Assembly: GCA_017523925.1 (NCBI GenBank)
Contig: JAFWVQ010000027.1
Span: 5,018 to 69,017, forward strand
DNA: 64,000 bases
Direction: 5' to 3'
From: Clostridia bacterium
GTDB lineage: Bacteria; Bacillota; Clostridia; Christensenellales; CAG-138
How positions within the stretch are numbered: the stretch's first letter is position 1; each line of letters begins with the position of its first letter. A program made the position numbers and the translations under genes. Under the pieces are notes generated by a model, which saw only the letters and a list, made by a program, of their open reading frames with translations, had not been told where the DNA came from and searched no databases. Shown here piece by piece: positions 9,570 to 18,258 of the stretch.

Positions 9570-10670
9570 TCATTTTTCATTCAGATCGCATTTTTCGCGG
9601 AAGAGCTCGCTTGATGTGCGAATGCGAAGCTCCGCGAGTGACAGCATGCCGTTTTCATCGAATGAAAGCTTGCCCGATGGCACGGTTCCAACTAGGGAAA
9701 TGCCCCGTTCGCCAGTTTCGGGATGATCGGGATAGATCTTGAAGCTTCCGGTCTCCATATCGAGCGCGATAACGCCTTTTTCAATAAAGCCGCAGGCTTC
9801 GCTTTCAAAGCTGCCGTCCGCGAAGATAATAAGGCTTGCTTCGAAGCTCTCGTCTGTGCCGGTTCTTTTGCCATCTCCGGCAAGGGTGAACAGCGCTTCG
9901 ATCGCGCCCTCGTGCTTTGCGAAACGGTGCGTGCCTCTTTCGCCGCCGCTTTCGGGGAAGCTGATATCAAGCGTTTTTTCGTCCACGACCTCGCAGGCAA
10001 TGCGATCTCCGCCCTGCGGCGTGAGCGCAAGGCTCGTTGTGCTGACTCCGTATCTTCCGACCTCGGATATAACGGCGGTTTTCTCCGCTTCCTTTTCAAC
10101 AGCAAAGATCAGATAGGTATCATTGCCGAAAAAGCTTGCGAAAATGCTCCTGCCTCCTTCAACAAAAGAATAAACTCCCTTGGTGAATTGCGTTTCGGTC
10201 GAAGCCGCATTGTAGTTCTCCGTGATCCTTTTGCCTATCAGCTTGATGCTCGAATCCTCTTCGGAAACCGTTTTCGCGCCCGCGCTGCCGTAGTGAACGC
10301 GCTCACAAACGCTGAAATCAAGCTCGCCCGCATCATTCACCGTGAATTTGCTCGTCAGCCCGTCCGCGGCCGTCTTCGGCTGACCGTTCACGGAGGAATA
10401 GACCATAAGATACCCGCCCTCGGCGCTTTGATAGGTTCCCGAGCTCTTGTCCACCTCGAACGCGGGCGTATTTGAGAAGATAAACTCTCCGTTTTCCTTC
10501 AGGCGAAGATAGATGGTCAGCTTCATTCCAAGCTCGGTGAGATCGAGATAATAATCTCCTGCGACCGCCGCTCCCTCATTCTGCTTTTCGCCTTCGTTTT
10601 TATCGGCGCAGGCAAAAGCGGAGAATGCGAGCAGACATGATAGCGCCAGGATAAGTGTTTTTCTGATCAC
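9570..10670 (-). CDS. secreted/lipoprotein of unknown function
   Basis: Signal peptide MIRKTLILALSCLLAFSAFAC. 366 aa, no enzymatic motif recognised. Confidence 0.6.
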   Translation of the reverse strand: MIRKTLILALSCLLAFSAFACADKNEGEKQNEGAAVAGDYYLDLTELGMKLTIYLRLKENGEFIFSNTPAFEVDKSSGTYQSAEGGYLMVYSSVNGQPKTAADGLTSKFTVNDAGELDFSVCERVHYGSAGAKTVSEEDSSIKLIGKRITENYNAASTETQFTKGVYSFVEGGRSIFASFFGNDTYLIFAVEKEAEKTAVISEVGRYGVSTTSLALTPQGGDRIACEVVDEKTLDISFPESGGERGTHRFAKHEGAIEALFTLAGDGKRTGTDESFEASLIIFADGSFESEACGFIEKGVIALDMETGSFKIYPDHPETGERGISLVGTVPSGKLSFDENGMLSLAELRIRTSSELFREKCDLNEK

Positions 10671-10715
10671 GGCAATACCTCCGTTAAAAGTTTTTCAGTC
10701 TTATGGCCACATACG

Positions 10716-10731
10716 GTTAGCGTAAACTAAC
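10716..10731. promoter_or_regulatory. 16-bp palindrome GTTAGC-GTAA-ACTAAC (operator-like, copy 1, one mismatch)
   Basis: Read directly. Lies 46 nt upstream of the 10670 start codon. Confidence 0.55.
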
Positions 10732-10850
10732 TGCAAATGTCAAGAAAAAGCTTTTGCCGCACACGCTTCATAACCCCAAAGCGAGGCGCAGGCAAAAGCC
10801 ATTCTATTTCACCTGCATATCAAGAGATCATGCAGATTGGAAACGCATAA

Positions 10851-10868
10851 GGTTAGCTTTAGCTAACC
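10851..10868. promoter_or_regulatory. perfect palindrome GGTTAGC-TTTA-GCTAACC (operator-like, copy 2)
   Basis: Read directly. Begins 2 nt downstream of a consensus -10 on the minus strand. Confidence 0.6.
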
Positions 10869-10869
10869 G

Positions 10870-10898
10870 ATTATAGCATCGTTCATGTTCTTTGTCAA
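10870..10898 (-). promoter_or_regulatory. sigma-A type promoter TTGACA-17-TATAAT (with TGn extension)
   Basis: The minus strand reads TTGACAaagaacatgaacgatgcTATAAT. Confidence 0.65.
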
Positions 10899-10964
10899 TA
10901 TTAAACAAATGCTTTTTATTATATATGCTTCCGAATAGATCGCGGCAGGGATTTTGTATCCGGC

Positions 10965-11606
10965 TCATTGTATCAGCCCCAAAGCGAGCCTGAGAATGAC
11001 GACCGCATCCGTTACCGACACTCTGCCGTCGCCATCCACATCCGCAGCGGTGAGCTGCGCATCATCAAGCTCAGCAATGTGTAGAACATTTCGCAGAGCA
11101 AGCAGCGCGTCCGCCGTTTCGACCGCTCCGTTAAGATCGACATCGCCCGGAACAAAGCTTCCGCCATTTTCAACGTAAAAATATGTTGTCAATATCGCTA
11201 CTTCAACACGTTCGGGAAACATAAAGCGGACGTATTCTTCGGTGCCGTTGATAAGAAAAACCACCTCATCCGAGAAAAAATAACCATCCTCGGCAACCAC
11301 GTTCATATACATATAATAGCCGAGGCTCTCATTGTCGAAAACGGCATCGGGGGGAAGCTCATCGTAATCGCCCTGCTCATCCTCCCAGTTCCAATCGTAG
11401 TAGGTGAGCGAGTAGTGCGCTCCTTCGGGCACGGAGATCTCATAATCGGGATGCTCTCCCCAAGCGGGAACGGTGAAGCCCTCTATTCTGACCTCTCTTA
11501 TTTCGTAGGGATCGTCGCGGGGAGCGGCACCTTCAGCAAGGGCGGTAATGGGCGCAAGTGCAAGCAGTATTGCCAAAGTAAGCGCAGTTGTAATTCTCTT
11601 TATCAT
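10965..11606 (-). CDS. secreted dockerin-domain protein of unknown function
   Basis: Start set at MIKRITTALTLAILLALAPITALA (signal peptide). The C-terminus carries the duplicated Ca-binding dockerin motifs GDVDLNGAVETADALLALR and ADVDGDGRVSVTDAVVILR. Confidence 0.75.
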   Translation of the reverse strand: MIKRITTALTLAILLALAPITALAEGAAPRDDPYEIREVRIEGFTVPAWGEHPDYEISVPEGAHYSLTYYDWNWEDEQGDYDELPPDAVFDNESLGYYMYMNVVAEDGYFFSDEVVFLINGTEEYVRFMFPERVEVAILTTYFYVENGGSFVPGDVDLNGAVETADALLALRNVLHIAELDDAQLTAADVDGDGRVSVTDAVVILRLALGLIQ

Positions 11607-11642
11607 GTTTTTCTCCTTCTCTTGTAGGCTTTCACTCCTGGA

Positions 11643-11658
11643 GTTAGCCGAAGCTAAC
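11643..11658. promoter_or_regulatory. perfect palindrome GTTAGC-CGAA-GCTAAC (operator-like, copy 3)
   Basis: Read directly. Lies 12 nt downstream of a consensus -10 and 37 nt upstream of the 11606 start. Confidence 0.6.
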
Positions 11659-11670
11659 CGAGTGTTCAAG

Positions 11671-11699
11671 ATTATAGCACATGGATTTATGCCTGTCAA
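11671..11699 (-). promoter_or_regulatory. sigma-A type promoter TTGACA-17-TATAAT (TGn extended)
   Basis: The minus strand reads TTGACAggcataaatccatgtgcTATAAT. Confidence 0.65.
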
Positions 11700-11717
11700 G
11701 TTTTGCGGCAATATACT

Positions 11718-12569
11718 TTAACGGATAAAAGGCTGAACGAAATCCATTCGCACGATCCTCATCTTCATAAAGCCGTCGCCGAGCTTCCCGAGCAGACGGA
11801 AAAGCCCCGGTACCGAGGGATCGCGAAGGTCGTTATAGCCAAGCATATAGCCGCGCTCGGTTATCTTCGCATTTTTCATCCACGGAGCGATGTCCTTTTC
11901 AACGCTTTCAACGCTGAAATAGTCCTCGATTGAAGTTACGCCCGCCGTCTTTACCCAGGTTTTCAGCATCATCTTCACGGCGCGTTTATTTGCCGTATCG
12001 AAGCAAAGCCTGCCGCCGGGGAAGCGCTCGCTCATGGCGGCAAAGAGTTTCCGCACCTGCTCCTTTTTGAAGTAATAGAAAACTCCCGCAGCGATCAGGC
12101 ACACGCCGTTCTCCGCGGGTATCTCGTCAAACCATGCGGTATCGTTGAGATCGGCGCCGACATTTTTGATCCTGTCCGTCTCCGGAAGAAGCTCGTTTCG
12201 CACCGAGATCACGTCCGGAAGATCGATATTATAGATGCGGCAAAGCCCGTTATCGCAGTTTTCCATCGTTTGATCGAGTCCGCAGCCGAGATTCACAAGC
12301 GCAGCCTTAGGATGTGTTTGCAGATAATCCTTCGTTTCGATCATAAGATCGCCCTCCCTCATGGCAACCTCGAGCGCACCGAATCGATAGAGCACGCTCA
12401 TGCTCTTTCGCTCAAACTCCGAAAAATCATAGTCTATGCGATTTATAAGCTCGACCGCCTTTTCATCCCGAAAAACGCTCGGATACAGCTCGGTGCAGAG
12501 CTTTCTTCCGAAAAGCGGTATCAAGAGCGTTTCCTGCACGCTGTTTTTTTCGATCCTGTATTTTTCCAC
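11718..12569 (-). CDS. class I SAM-dependent O-methyltransferase (TcmP / leucine carboxyl methyltransferase-like family)
   Basis: The N-terminus VQETLLIPLFGRK and the LVNLGCGLD SAM-binding motif are typical of this family. Last gene after the two ABC exporter genes. Confidence 0.7.
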   Translation of the reverse strand: MEKYRIEKNSVQETLLIPLFGRKLCTELYPSVFRDEKAVELINRIDYDFSEFERKSMSVLYRFGALEVAMREGDLMIETKDYLQTHPKAALVNLGCGLDQTMENCDNGLCRIYNIDLPDVISVRNELLPETDRIKNVGADLNDTAWFDEIPAENGVCLIAAGVFYYFKKEQVRKLFAAMSERFPGGRLCFDTANKRAVKMMLKTWVKTAGVTSIEDYFSVESVEKDIAPWMKNAKITERGYMLGYNDLRDPSVPGLFRLLGKLGDGFMKMRIVRMDFVQPFIR

Positions 12570-12582
12570 ATTGTTTCCTCCT

Positions 12583-14325
12583 TCAAACTTTCCAGCTCGC
12601 GCTTGCGCTCTGAAGCTCCGCCATGCGTGCGAAGAGGCCGTTTTCCTTATTGCGCAGCTCTAAAGGCGTCCCTTCCTCGGCAACCCGCCCATCCTTGAGC
12701 ACGATTATCCTATCCGCCGCCTCAACGGTGCGCATCCTATGAGCAATAACGAGCACGGTTTTTCCGCGAAGCAGCCTTGAAAGCGCGCCCTGCACCTCGC
12801 TCTCATTCTCAACGTCCAGTGAAGCGGTCGCTTCATCAAGCAGCACTATCGGCGCATCCTTGAGGAGCGCACGCGCTATCGAGATGCGCTGGCGTTCACC
12901 GCCCGAGAGCCTTGCGCCGTTTTCGCCGATCGGAGTTTGATAACCGTGCGGCAGCGCATTCACAAATCCGTCGCAGTTCGCAGCCCTTGCCGCCGCAAGC
13001 ACATCTTCATCGCTCGCTCCGCGTCTGCCGAGGCGGATATTCTCCATCACCGTATCGTCAAACAGCATAACGTCCTGAAAAACCATCGAATAATCGGTCA
13101 GAAGCGCTTCGGGCTCAACGGTTTTTATATCCACGCCGCCAACCTTTATGCTGCCGCCCGTCACATCCCAAAGCCGCGCCGCAAGCCGAGCGCAGGTACT
13201 CTTGCCTGAGCCCGACGGTCCGACGAGCGCGGTGATCTCGCCCTCCTTGGCGGTAAAGCTCACGCCGCGAAGCACTTTTTTATCATCGTAGGCAAAGTCC
13301 ACGTTTTCAAAAACTATATCGTGTCCGCTCGGAGCGAAGCTGTCCGCACCCTCGGCGGTTCGCATCTCGTGGATCTCGTTTAGGCGGTTGGCTGAGACCT
13401 GCGACATCAGCATCTCGGCTATAAGCGCAAGGCTCTGATCGAAGGGCGCATAGATGCGCGTGATTATCAGAAGGAACATAAACAGCAGCATGAAATCTAT
13501 TCTGCCGGAGAGTATCAGCGAAGCGCCCGTGAGTATAGTGGTTGCAACTCCTAGACGCATTATGACGCTCGCCGCGTTCACGAACAGCCCCGCCGCAAGC
13601 TCTCCTCCGATAAGCGTTTTCTCATGCCTGTCTATCTTTGTGCCGATCTCATCAAGATAAGCTTTTTCGCGGTTCAGCGAGCGTATCTCGCGAACGTTTT
13701 CTATACCCGCCTGTATGCAGTCCGAAACCGTTACCGCAGTATGCTTCGCCTTTTCGGAGTGCCGCTTTGCGATGCTCCTGCTGCCAAAAAGAAGCAGGAA
13801 CGCGACCGGAACTCCCCAAAGGCAGGCGAGCGCCATGCGCCAATCGATGATGAACAGCGCGATGGCAATTATGGCTGTGGAGATATACGCTCCGTAGAGA
13901 TAGCCTATGCAATGCGACCAAACGTGCTCGAGCCTGTTCACATCGCCCATCAGCGTTTCGGTAAGATCGGCAAGATCGCGCTTTCCGAAGTAGCCAAGCG
14001 GCAGCTTTCGCAGCCTTTCGGCAAGCGAGATGCGCGTTTTCTTTATTTCGGTATAAACAAGTCCGTAAGTGGTGCGGTACTGCTCAAGATGCGTGATATA
14101 CGAAAGCAGCGCAAAAGCCGCCGTAAGTCCGATGAAAAGCCACGGCGAAGGGAGCGCCGCGCCATCTGTAAGCGTTTTAATGAAGCCGTTCATCAGCTTA
14201 TAGAGGATTCCCGCGCCGAACATGGCGATGAGGTTGACTATCACCGTCCAAAACGCGCCCTTTCTCGCGTTTGAAAGCCCCTTGTCGGTCAAAGCATATT
14301 TCCTTTTCAAGTTTTCGCCAAGCAT
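12583..14325 (-). CDS. ABC exporter, fused permease/ATP-binding subunit
   Basis: Six-TM N-terminal half. Walker A GPSGSGKST, signature LSGGERQR, Walker B IVLLDEATASLD. Confidence 0.9.
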   Translation of the reverse strand: MLGENLKRKYALTDKGLSNARKGAFWTVIVNLIAMFGAGILYKLMNGFIKTLTDGAALPSPWLFIGLTAAFALLSYITHLEQYRTTYGLVYTEIKKTRISLAERLRKLPLGYFGKRDLADLTETLMGDVNRLEHVWSHCIGYLYGAYISTAIIAIALFIIDWRMALACLWGVPVAFLLLFGSRSIAKRHSEKAKHTAVTVSDCIQAGIENVREIRSLNREKAYLDEIGTKIDRHEKTLIGGELAAGLFVNAASVIMRLGVATTILTGASLILSGRIDFMLLFMFLLIITRIYAPFDQSLALIAEMLMSQVSANRLNEIHEMRTAEGADSFAPSGHDIVFENVDFAYDDKKVLRGVSFTAKEGEITALVGPSGSGKSTCARLAARLWDVTGGSIKVGGVDIKTVEPEALLTDYSMVFQDVMLFDDTVMENIRLGRRGASDEDVLAAARAANCDGFVNALPHGYQTPIGENGARLSGGERQRISIARALLKDAPIVLLDEATASLDVENESEVQGALSRLLRGKTVLVIAHRMRTVEAADRIIVLKDGRVAEEGTPLELRNKENGLFARMAELQSASASWKV

Positions 14326-16128
14326 TTACTTCGCCTCCTTTTCCGTTTTGAGCTTCCATTGGGCGGCTTCGTTGTAGTTTTTCCACATCCGCGAATACAG
14401 ACCGCCACTCGAAGCAAGGCTTTCGTGCGTGCCGCTTTCGACCGCTTTTCCTTTGTCGAGCACGATTATCCTGTCCGCTCCAATAACTGTCGAAAGCCTA
14501 TGTGCTATCATAATGACCGTCTTGCCCTCGGTGAGCTTTTTCATCGCCTTTTGTATCAGCGCTTCGTTTTCGGGATCGGCAAACGCCGTAGCCTCATCGA
14601 GCACGATTATCGGCGCATCCTTGAGTATCGCCCGTGCAAGCGCGATGCGCTGCAGCTCGCCGCCGGACAGATAGGTGCCTTTTGAACCGATGACGGTGTC
14701 TATGCCATTAGGAAGCTTTTCGATCATCTCGCCGCATTGTGCCGCATGAAGCGCCGCTTCGACCTCGCCCAAAGAAGCATCGGGACGCGCCGCGCGAACG
14801 TTTTCGAGTATCGAGGTTTTAAACAGGCGGTTGTTCTGGAAAACGAACGCAACGCTGTTCATAAGCTCATGCTGATCGATATTGCGAACGTCAACTCCGC
14901 CGATCTCGACAGAGCCGGTCGAAGCATCCCAAAATCTCGGGATCAGGCTTGCCGCCGTGGTCTTTCCGCCGCCGGAAGGGCCGACGAGCGCCACGGTCTG
15001 CCCGGGCTCTGCCTTAAACGAAACACCATCGAGTGCGTATGCATCTGAGCCGGGGTATTTGAAGCACACGTTTTTAAACTCGATCCGGCTGTCCTTCGGC
15101 TTTTCGGGATGCTCGGGCAGCTTGAGCGGCTCCGCGTTCATGATGGTATCTATCCTCGCAAGCGCGGTCTTTGCAAGCATCATTCCGCTCGAAGCGAACA
15201 TGATTTTAGCAAGCGCGGTTGATATGATCGCGGAAAACACCGCATAGAATGCGAAATTCGTCACAAACGAAGCAAAGCTTCCGCCCGAGAGCGCCGAAGG
15301 CGCGAGAAGCAGCACCGCCGGTATTAAAAAGATGAAAGCACCCTCGGTGAAGGTCAGATTTATTGCCTGTGGCACGCGGCAAACGCCGTAAGTATAGCGC
15401 TCGGCCTTTTCGCTGTATTCCTCTATCGATTTTTTGAATGCCTTGAAGGAATAGACCGTCTGCTGAAAAACCTTAACGACCGGTATGCCGCGCACGTATT
15501 CCGTGCCCGCCTTGCTCATGGCATCCTGCGCGGTTTGGTATTCGAGCATCAGCTTTGCGTTCTTGCCGCCCATCATCGTGAACATGGCGATCACCGAGAT
15601 AACGGCGGCAAGCATACACGCCGCGCCCATTCGCCAATCGAAAAGAAACATCAGCACGATCATCGAAACGAACATCGCCGCCGTGCCGACAATATCCGCA
15701 AGATTATGCGCGAGTAGGGTCTCGGTCTCCGAGGCCGCGCCGTCCAGTCTGTTGCGAAGCAGCCCCGAAGCGTTGCCGTCAAAGAAGCCGAGCGGCAGCT
15801 TCATCATGCGCTCCATGCCCTTTTTGCGGATATTTGAAGCCGTTCGGAAGGCCGCAAGATGCGTACACATCAGCGCGGCAAAATACACGATTATCCCGCC
15901 GAAAGCGAACGCAAACGCCAGCCAGCCGTAACGCGCGATGCCGGAAGCCTCGGTCCAATTCGGTGCCACGGCGATAAGGTCGCGCGCCGCAAGCCAGATG
16001 CAAACGTACGGCGCCATGCCGAGCACCATCGCGATCGCCGACAGCGCCAGCCCGATAAAGGTAAGCGGCTTGTATTTTCCCGCATAGTCAAGCAGAACGG
16101 AAAGCTCGCTTTTCTTTTTTTCCTTCAT
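14326..16128 (-). CDS. ABC exporter, fused permease/ATP-binding subunit (heterodimer partner)
   Basis: Walker A GPSGGGKTT, signature LSGGELQR, Walker B IIVLDEATAFAD. Directly abuts the next gene. Confidence 0.9.
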   Translation of the reverse strand: MKEKKKSELSVLLDYAGKYKPLTFIGLALSAIAMVLGMAPYVCIWLAARDLIAVAPNWTEASGIARYGWLAFAFAFGGIIVYFAALMCTHLAAFRTASNIRKKGMERMMKLPLGFFDGNASGLLRNRLDGAASETETLLAHNLADIVGTAAMFVSMIVLMFLFDWRMGAACMLAAVISVIAMFTMMGGKNAKLMLEYQTAQDAMSKAGTEYVRGIPVVKVFQQTVYSFKAFKKSIEEYSEKAERYTYGVCRVPQAINLTFTEGAFIFLIPAVLLLAPSALSGGSFASFVTNFAFYAVFSAIISTALAKIMFASSGMMLAKTALARIDTIMNAEPLKLPEHPEKPKDSRIEFKNVCFKYPGSDAYALDGVSFKAEPGQTVALVGPSGGGKTTAASLIPRFWDASTGSVEIGGVDVRNIDQHELMNSVAFVFQNNRLFKTSILENVRAARPDASLGEVEAALHAAQCGEMIEKLPNGIDTVIGSKGTYLSGGELQRIALARAILKDAPIIVLDEATAFADPENEALIQKAMKKLTEGKTVIMIAHRLSTVIGADRIIVLDKGKAVESGTHESLASSGGLYSRMWKNYNEAAQWKLKTEKEAK

Positions 16129-16244
16129 AAAGTTTTATACCTCCTTGTGTTAAAGCTGTTTATTATTGCTTTTGTTTATCGCCGGGTCAGGCCGATCGCA
16201 AGCTTTGTCTTTAAAGAAGCTTCGCATTGTTTTGCGGCATTGTA

Positions 16245-16260
16245 GTTAGCCGCGCCTAAC
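16245..16260. promoter_or_regulatory. palindrome GTTAGC-CGCG-CCTAAC (operator-like, copy 4, one mismatch)
   Basis: Read directly. Lies 12 nt downstream of TATATT on the minus strand and 117 nt upstream of the 16128 start. Confidence 0.5.
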
Positions 16261-16305
16261 CGCAATGGCAAAAATATAGGCCTCGTGCAGAAGCTGCACC
16301 GACCG

Positions 16306-16911
16306 TCAGCGGCGGTTTGCGATCACCGCAACCGCACAGGGCACACGCCCGGCGATCTCGGTTATTTTCACATTGGAAAAGCCCGCTGCCACAAAAAATG
16401 CGCGGTAGCTTTCAAGCGTGAACTGCCTTTTGAAGCCCGCGCCCGCCTTTTCCGCCGATCTAACGAACGCCTTGCCGCTTTTGCTGCCCTCTCGCCCGAT
16501 GTAGGTCGGGATTATCAGTTTTCCGCCCCTTTTGCATACCCGCGAAAGCTCGGAAAGCGACACCTTCGGATCATCGAGCAGATGTATCACGTTCGCCGCG
16601 ATCACCGTGTCGAAGCTTTCATCATCAAAATCAAGCTTGGTAATGTTCGCAAAGCATACCTTTGCATTATCAAATCTCCCGAGCCGCTTTTCCGCCCGCT
16701 TGAGCATGCCTTCGGAATAATCCGTGGCAGTAAGCTCGCGGCATTTAGGTGCAGCGGCGGCGCTTATCATGCCCGTTCCGCAGGCGCATTCAAGCACACG
16801 ATCGTCCCCTCCAATCAACTCTGAAACAGCGGCGCAAAGCCTTTTGTTGACCTTGCCATTATAAATATAGCCGAACAGATCGTAGAATATCGCAGCTCTG
16901 TCCCAGAACAC
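16306..16911 (-). CDS. class I SAM-dependent methyltransferase
   Basis: SAM motif LECACGTGMIS. 201 aa. Confidence 0.75.
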   Translation of the reverse strand: MFWDRAAIFYDLFGYIYNGKVNKRLCAAVSELIGGDDRVLECACGTGMISAAAAPKCRELTATDYSEGMLKRAEKRLGRFDNAKVCFANITKLDFDDESFDTVIAANVIHLLDDPKVSLSELSRVCKRGGKLIIPTYIGREGSKSGKAFVRSAEKAGAGFKRQFTLESYRAFFVAAGFSNVKITEIAGRVPCAVAVIANRR

Positions 16912-16943
16912 GGCGCACCTCCCCCGCTTAATTCACCACAAAA

Positions 16944-16959
16944 GTTAGCCTTCGCTAAC
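16944..16959. promoter_or_regulatory. perfect palindrome GTTAGC-CTTC-GCTAAC (operator-like, copy 5)
   Basis: Read directly. Starts 1-2 nt after the -10 hexamer and lies 33 nt upstream of the 16911 start. Confidence 0.6.
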
Positions 16960-16960
16960 C

Positions 16961-16989
16961 ATTGTATCACGCCAATAAACTATTTGCAA
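16961..16989 (-). promoter_or_regulatory. sigma-A type promoter TTGCAA-17-TACAAT
   Basis: The minus strand reads TTGCAAatagtttattggcgtgaTACAAT. Confidence 0.55.
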
Positions 16990-17306
16990 TAGGCTGTTAA
17001 ATTTTCGATCGGTATATAAAGCTATGCTTTATCTGCCCGGCTATGAGGCCCTCCTCTTCGGAGAGGAGCTCATAGCTGAGCAACTGCTTATCCCAGCTCG
17101 AACAATAGCTTATCGCCTTCGATATGATACCGATCCGTCCTGTGGCCGTCAAGGGTAAATGCACGGATGCGCCGGCTCTCCAGCCACGGACCGGACCGGT
17201 GCGGATGAACCAAGGCGATTAAGCGGGAAAATGAATTTGCGCAAAAGTATTGACGGTACCGCTTCGACAATATGCGCCGACGCATAACACGCCCCGCGAA
17301 AGCAAA

Positions 17307-17337
17307 GCAACCTGCGGCCCAGCAGGGCACAGGTTGC
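17307..17337 (-). terminator. GC-rich hairpin (GCAACCTG...CAGGTTGC), possible terminator of the island operon
   Basis: 8-bp stem followed on the minus strand by TTTGCTTTC. Lies about 120 nt downstream of the 17459 stop and marks the GC shift. Confidence 0.4.
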
Positions 17338-17458
17338 GAAAACTCTTTCTGCATACTCAACCCCAACTATTGCTATTGAGTCGGTTTGATATTCTATACA
17401 TGCAGGAGGTGTACGCAAGATGCGAAGTAGTCTCGCAAATCGAGATCAGCCAAAACAC

Positions 17459-18253
17459 TTAATCAATCTTCAGCTTCTGCCAATGGGCAAACATCTCAGA
17501 GCGAGCATCACTGTTTTGGTAAGAATACTCGTGTTTGCTGCCACGAACATACAGCTTATATGATGCTTTATCGCCAAATGAGTCCTTAAGCACACTCTCT
17601 ATATGCTCATTCTTCAAGAAGCTGCACGAGAATATGTCTATATACGCCATTTTTTCCGCAATATTGTAATGAACGGCCACATGGCTTTGCGCAACTACCA
17701 AAACGCCAGAGATGTACTTTGGATCGTTAACGGTGCTATAAATCACATAAGGTCTAGTAATAGCCTCCATATTAATCTTAGGGGCAAGAGTGTCTAGCCA
17801 CTTATAAATCCAATCCATCGTCATTTCGGTGTCACAAACGGTGATCATGTAGTGCGGACCAAAATCAATTGACGGATCATGACTGGGTTCAACCATATCA
17901 GCAGTCGTTCTCCTGTCCAGGGAATATGTTTTCACGGTCTTTGCATTGAGCATTGACAGCAGCTCATGTTCTGCTTCCGATATACTGAAGAAATCATCTG
18001 ACATAATATCCACAAAGTAACAGGCACGGAACGGGAAGGTATGAATAGTTATATGCCCTCCCTCGAAAAGCATAAATGCACTAATTCCGCCGTCTTCCAT
18101 ATGCTTTGAGTAATAATATGGAACCAAAAACGGCGGCATAACCGATTTCAATTTGAGGCTCTCCGCAATTCTGACCAAGCACTCGTTAACTGTCATCAGG
18201 TTATTTGCATTTTCCTCAATAGTGTCATATGCATCCATCATAAAATGCAGCAT
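17459..18253 (-). CDS. tandem-duplicated S-adenosylmethionine decarboxylase-like (SpeH/AdoMetDC fold) protein
   Basis: Two SpeH-like halves. The first has GISAFMLFEGGHITIHTFPFRACYFVDIMS; the second has ISGVLVVAQSHVAVHYNIAEKMAYIDIFSC (compare GVSG..ESHxxIHTWPE..A.IDxFxC). Start ATG 18253 has AAGGAG 8 nt upstream; a GTG at 18262 is also possible. Confidence 0.7.
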   Translation of the reverse strand: MLHFMMDAYDTIEENANNLMTVNECLVRIAESLKLKSVMPPFLVPYYYSKHMEDGGISAFMLFEGGHITIHTFPFRACYFVDIMSDDFFSISEAEHELLSMLNAKTVKTYSLDRRTTADMVEPSHDPSIDFGPHYMITVCDTEMTMDWIYKWLDTLAPKINMEAITRPYVIYSTVNDPKYISGVLVVAQSHVAVHYNIAEKMAYIDIFSCSFLKNEHIESVLKDSFGDKASYKLYVRGSKHEYSYQNSDARSEMFAHWQKLKID

Positions 18254-18258
18254 TGTTA

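Noticed and set aside
10738-10743. TTGACA just upstream of palindrome copy 1, considered as a second promoter for the lipoprotein gene.
   Set aside because: No acceptable -10 hexamer lies at 16-19 nt spacing (CTAACC/TAACCG).
17336-17346. Shared 8-mer GCGAAAAC near both island ends (17336 and 24764), considered as possible att direct repeats.
   Set aside because: It is too short to exceed chance in a 64-kb window and is not extended by flanking identity.
17088-17366. ORF whose C-terminus (WLESRRIRAFTLDGHRTDRYHIEGDKLLF) faintly recalls YoeB/RelE-type toxins.
   Set aside because: The diagnostic motifs (e.g. HRLVY, terminal HY) are missing. There is no antitoxin partner or SD, and the ORF spans the GC-rich hairpin. 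It is probably noise or a decayed remnant.
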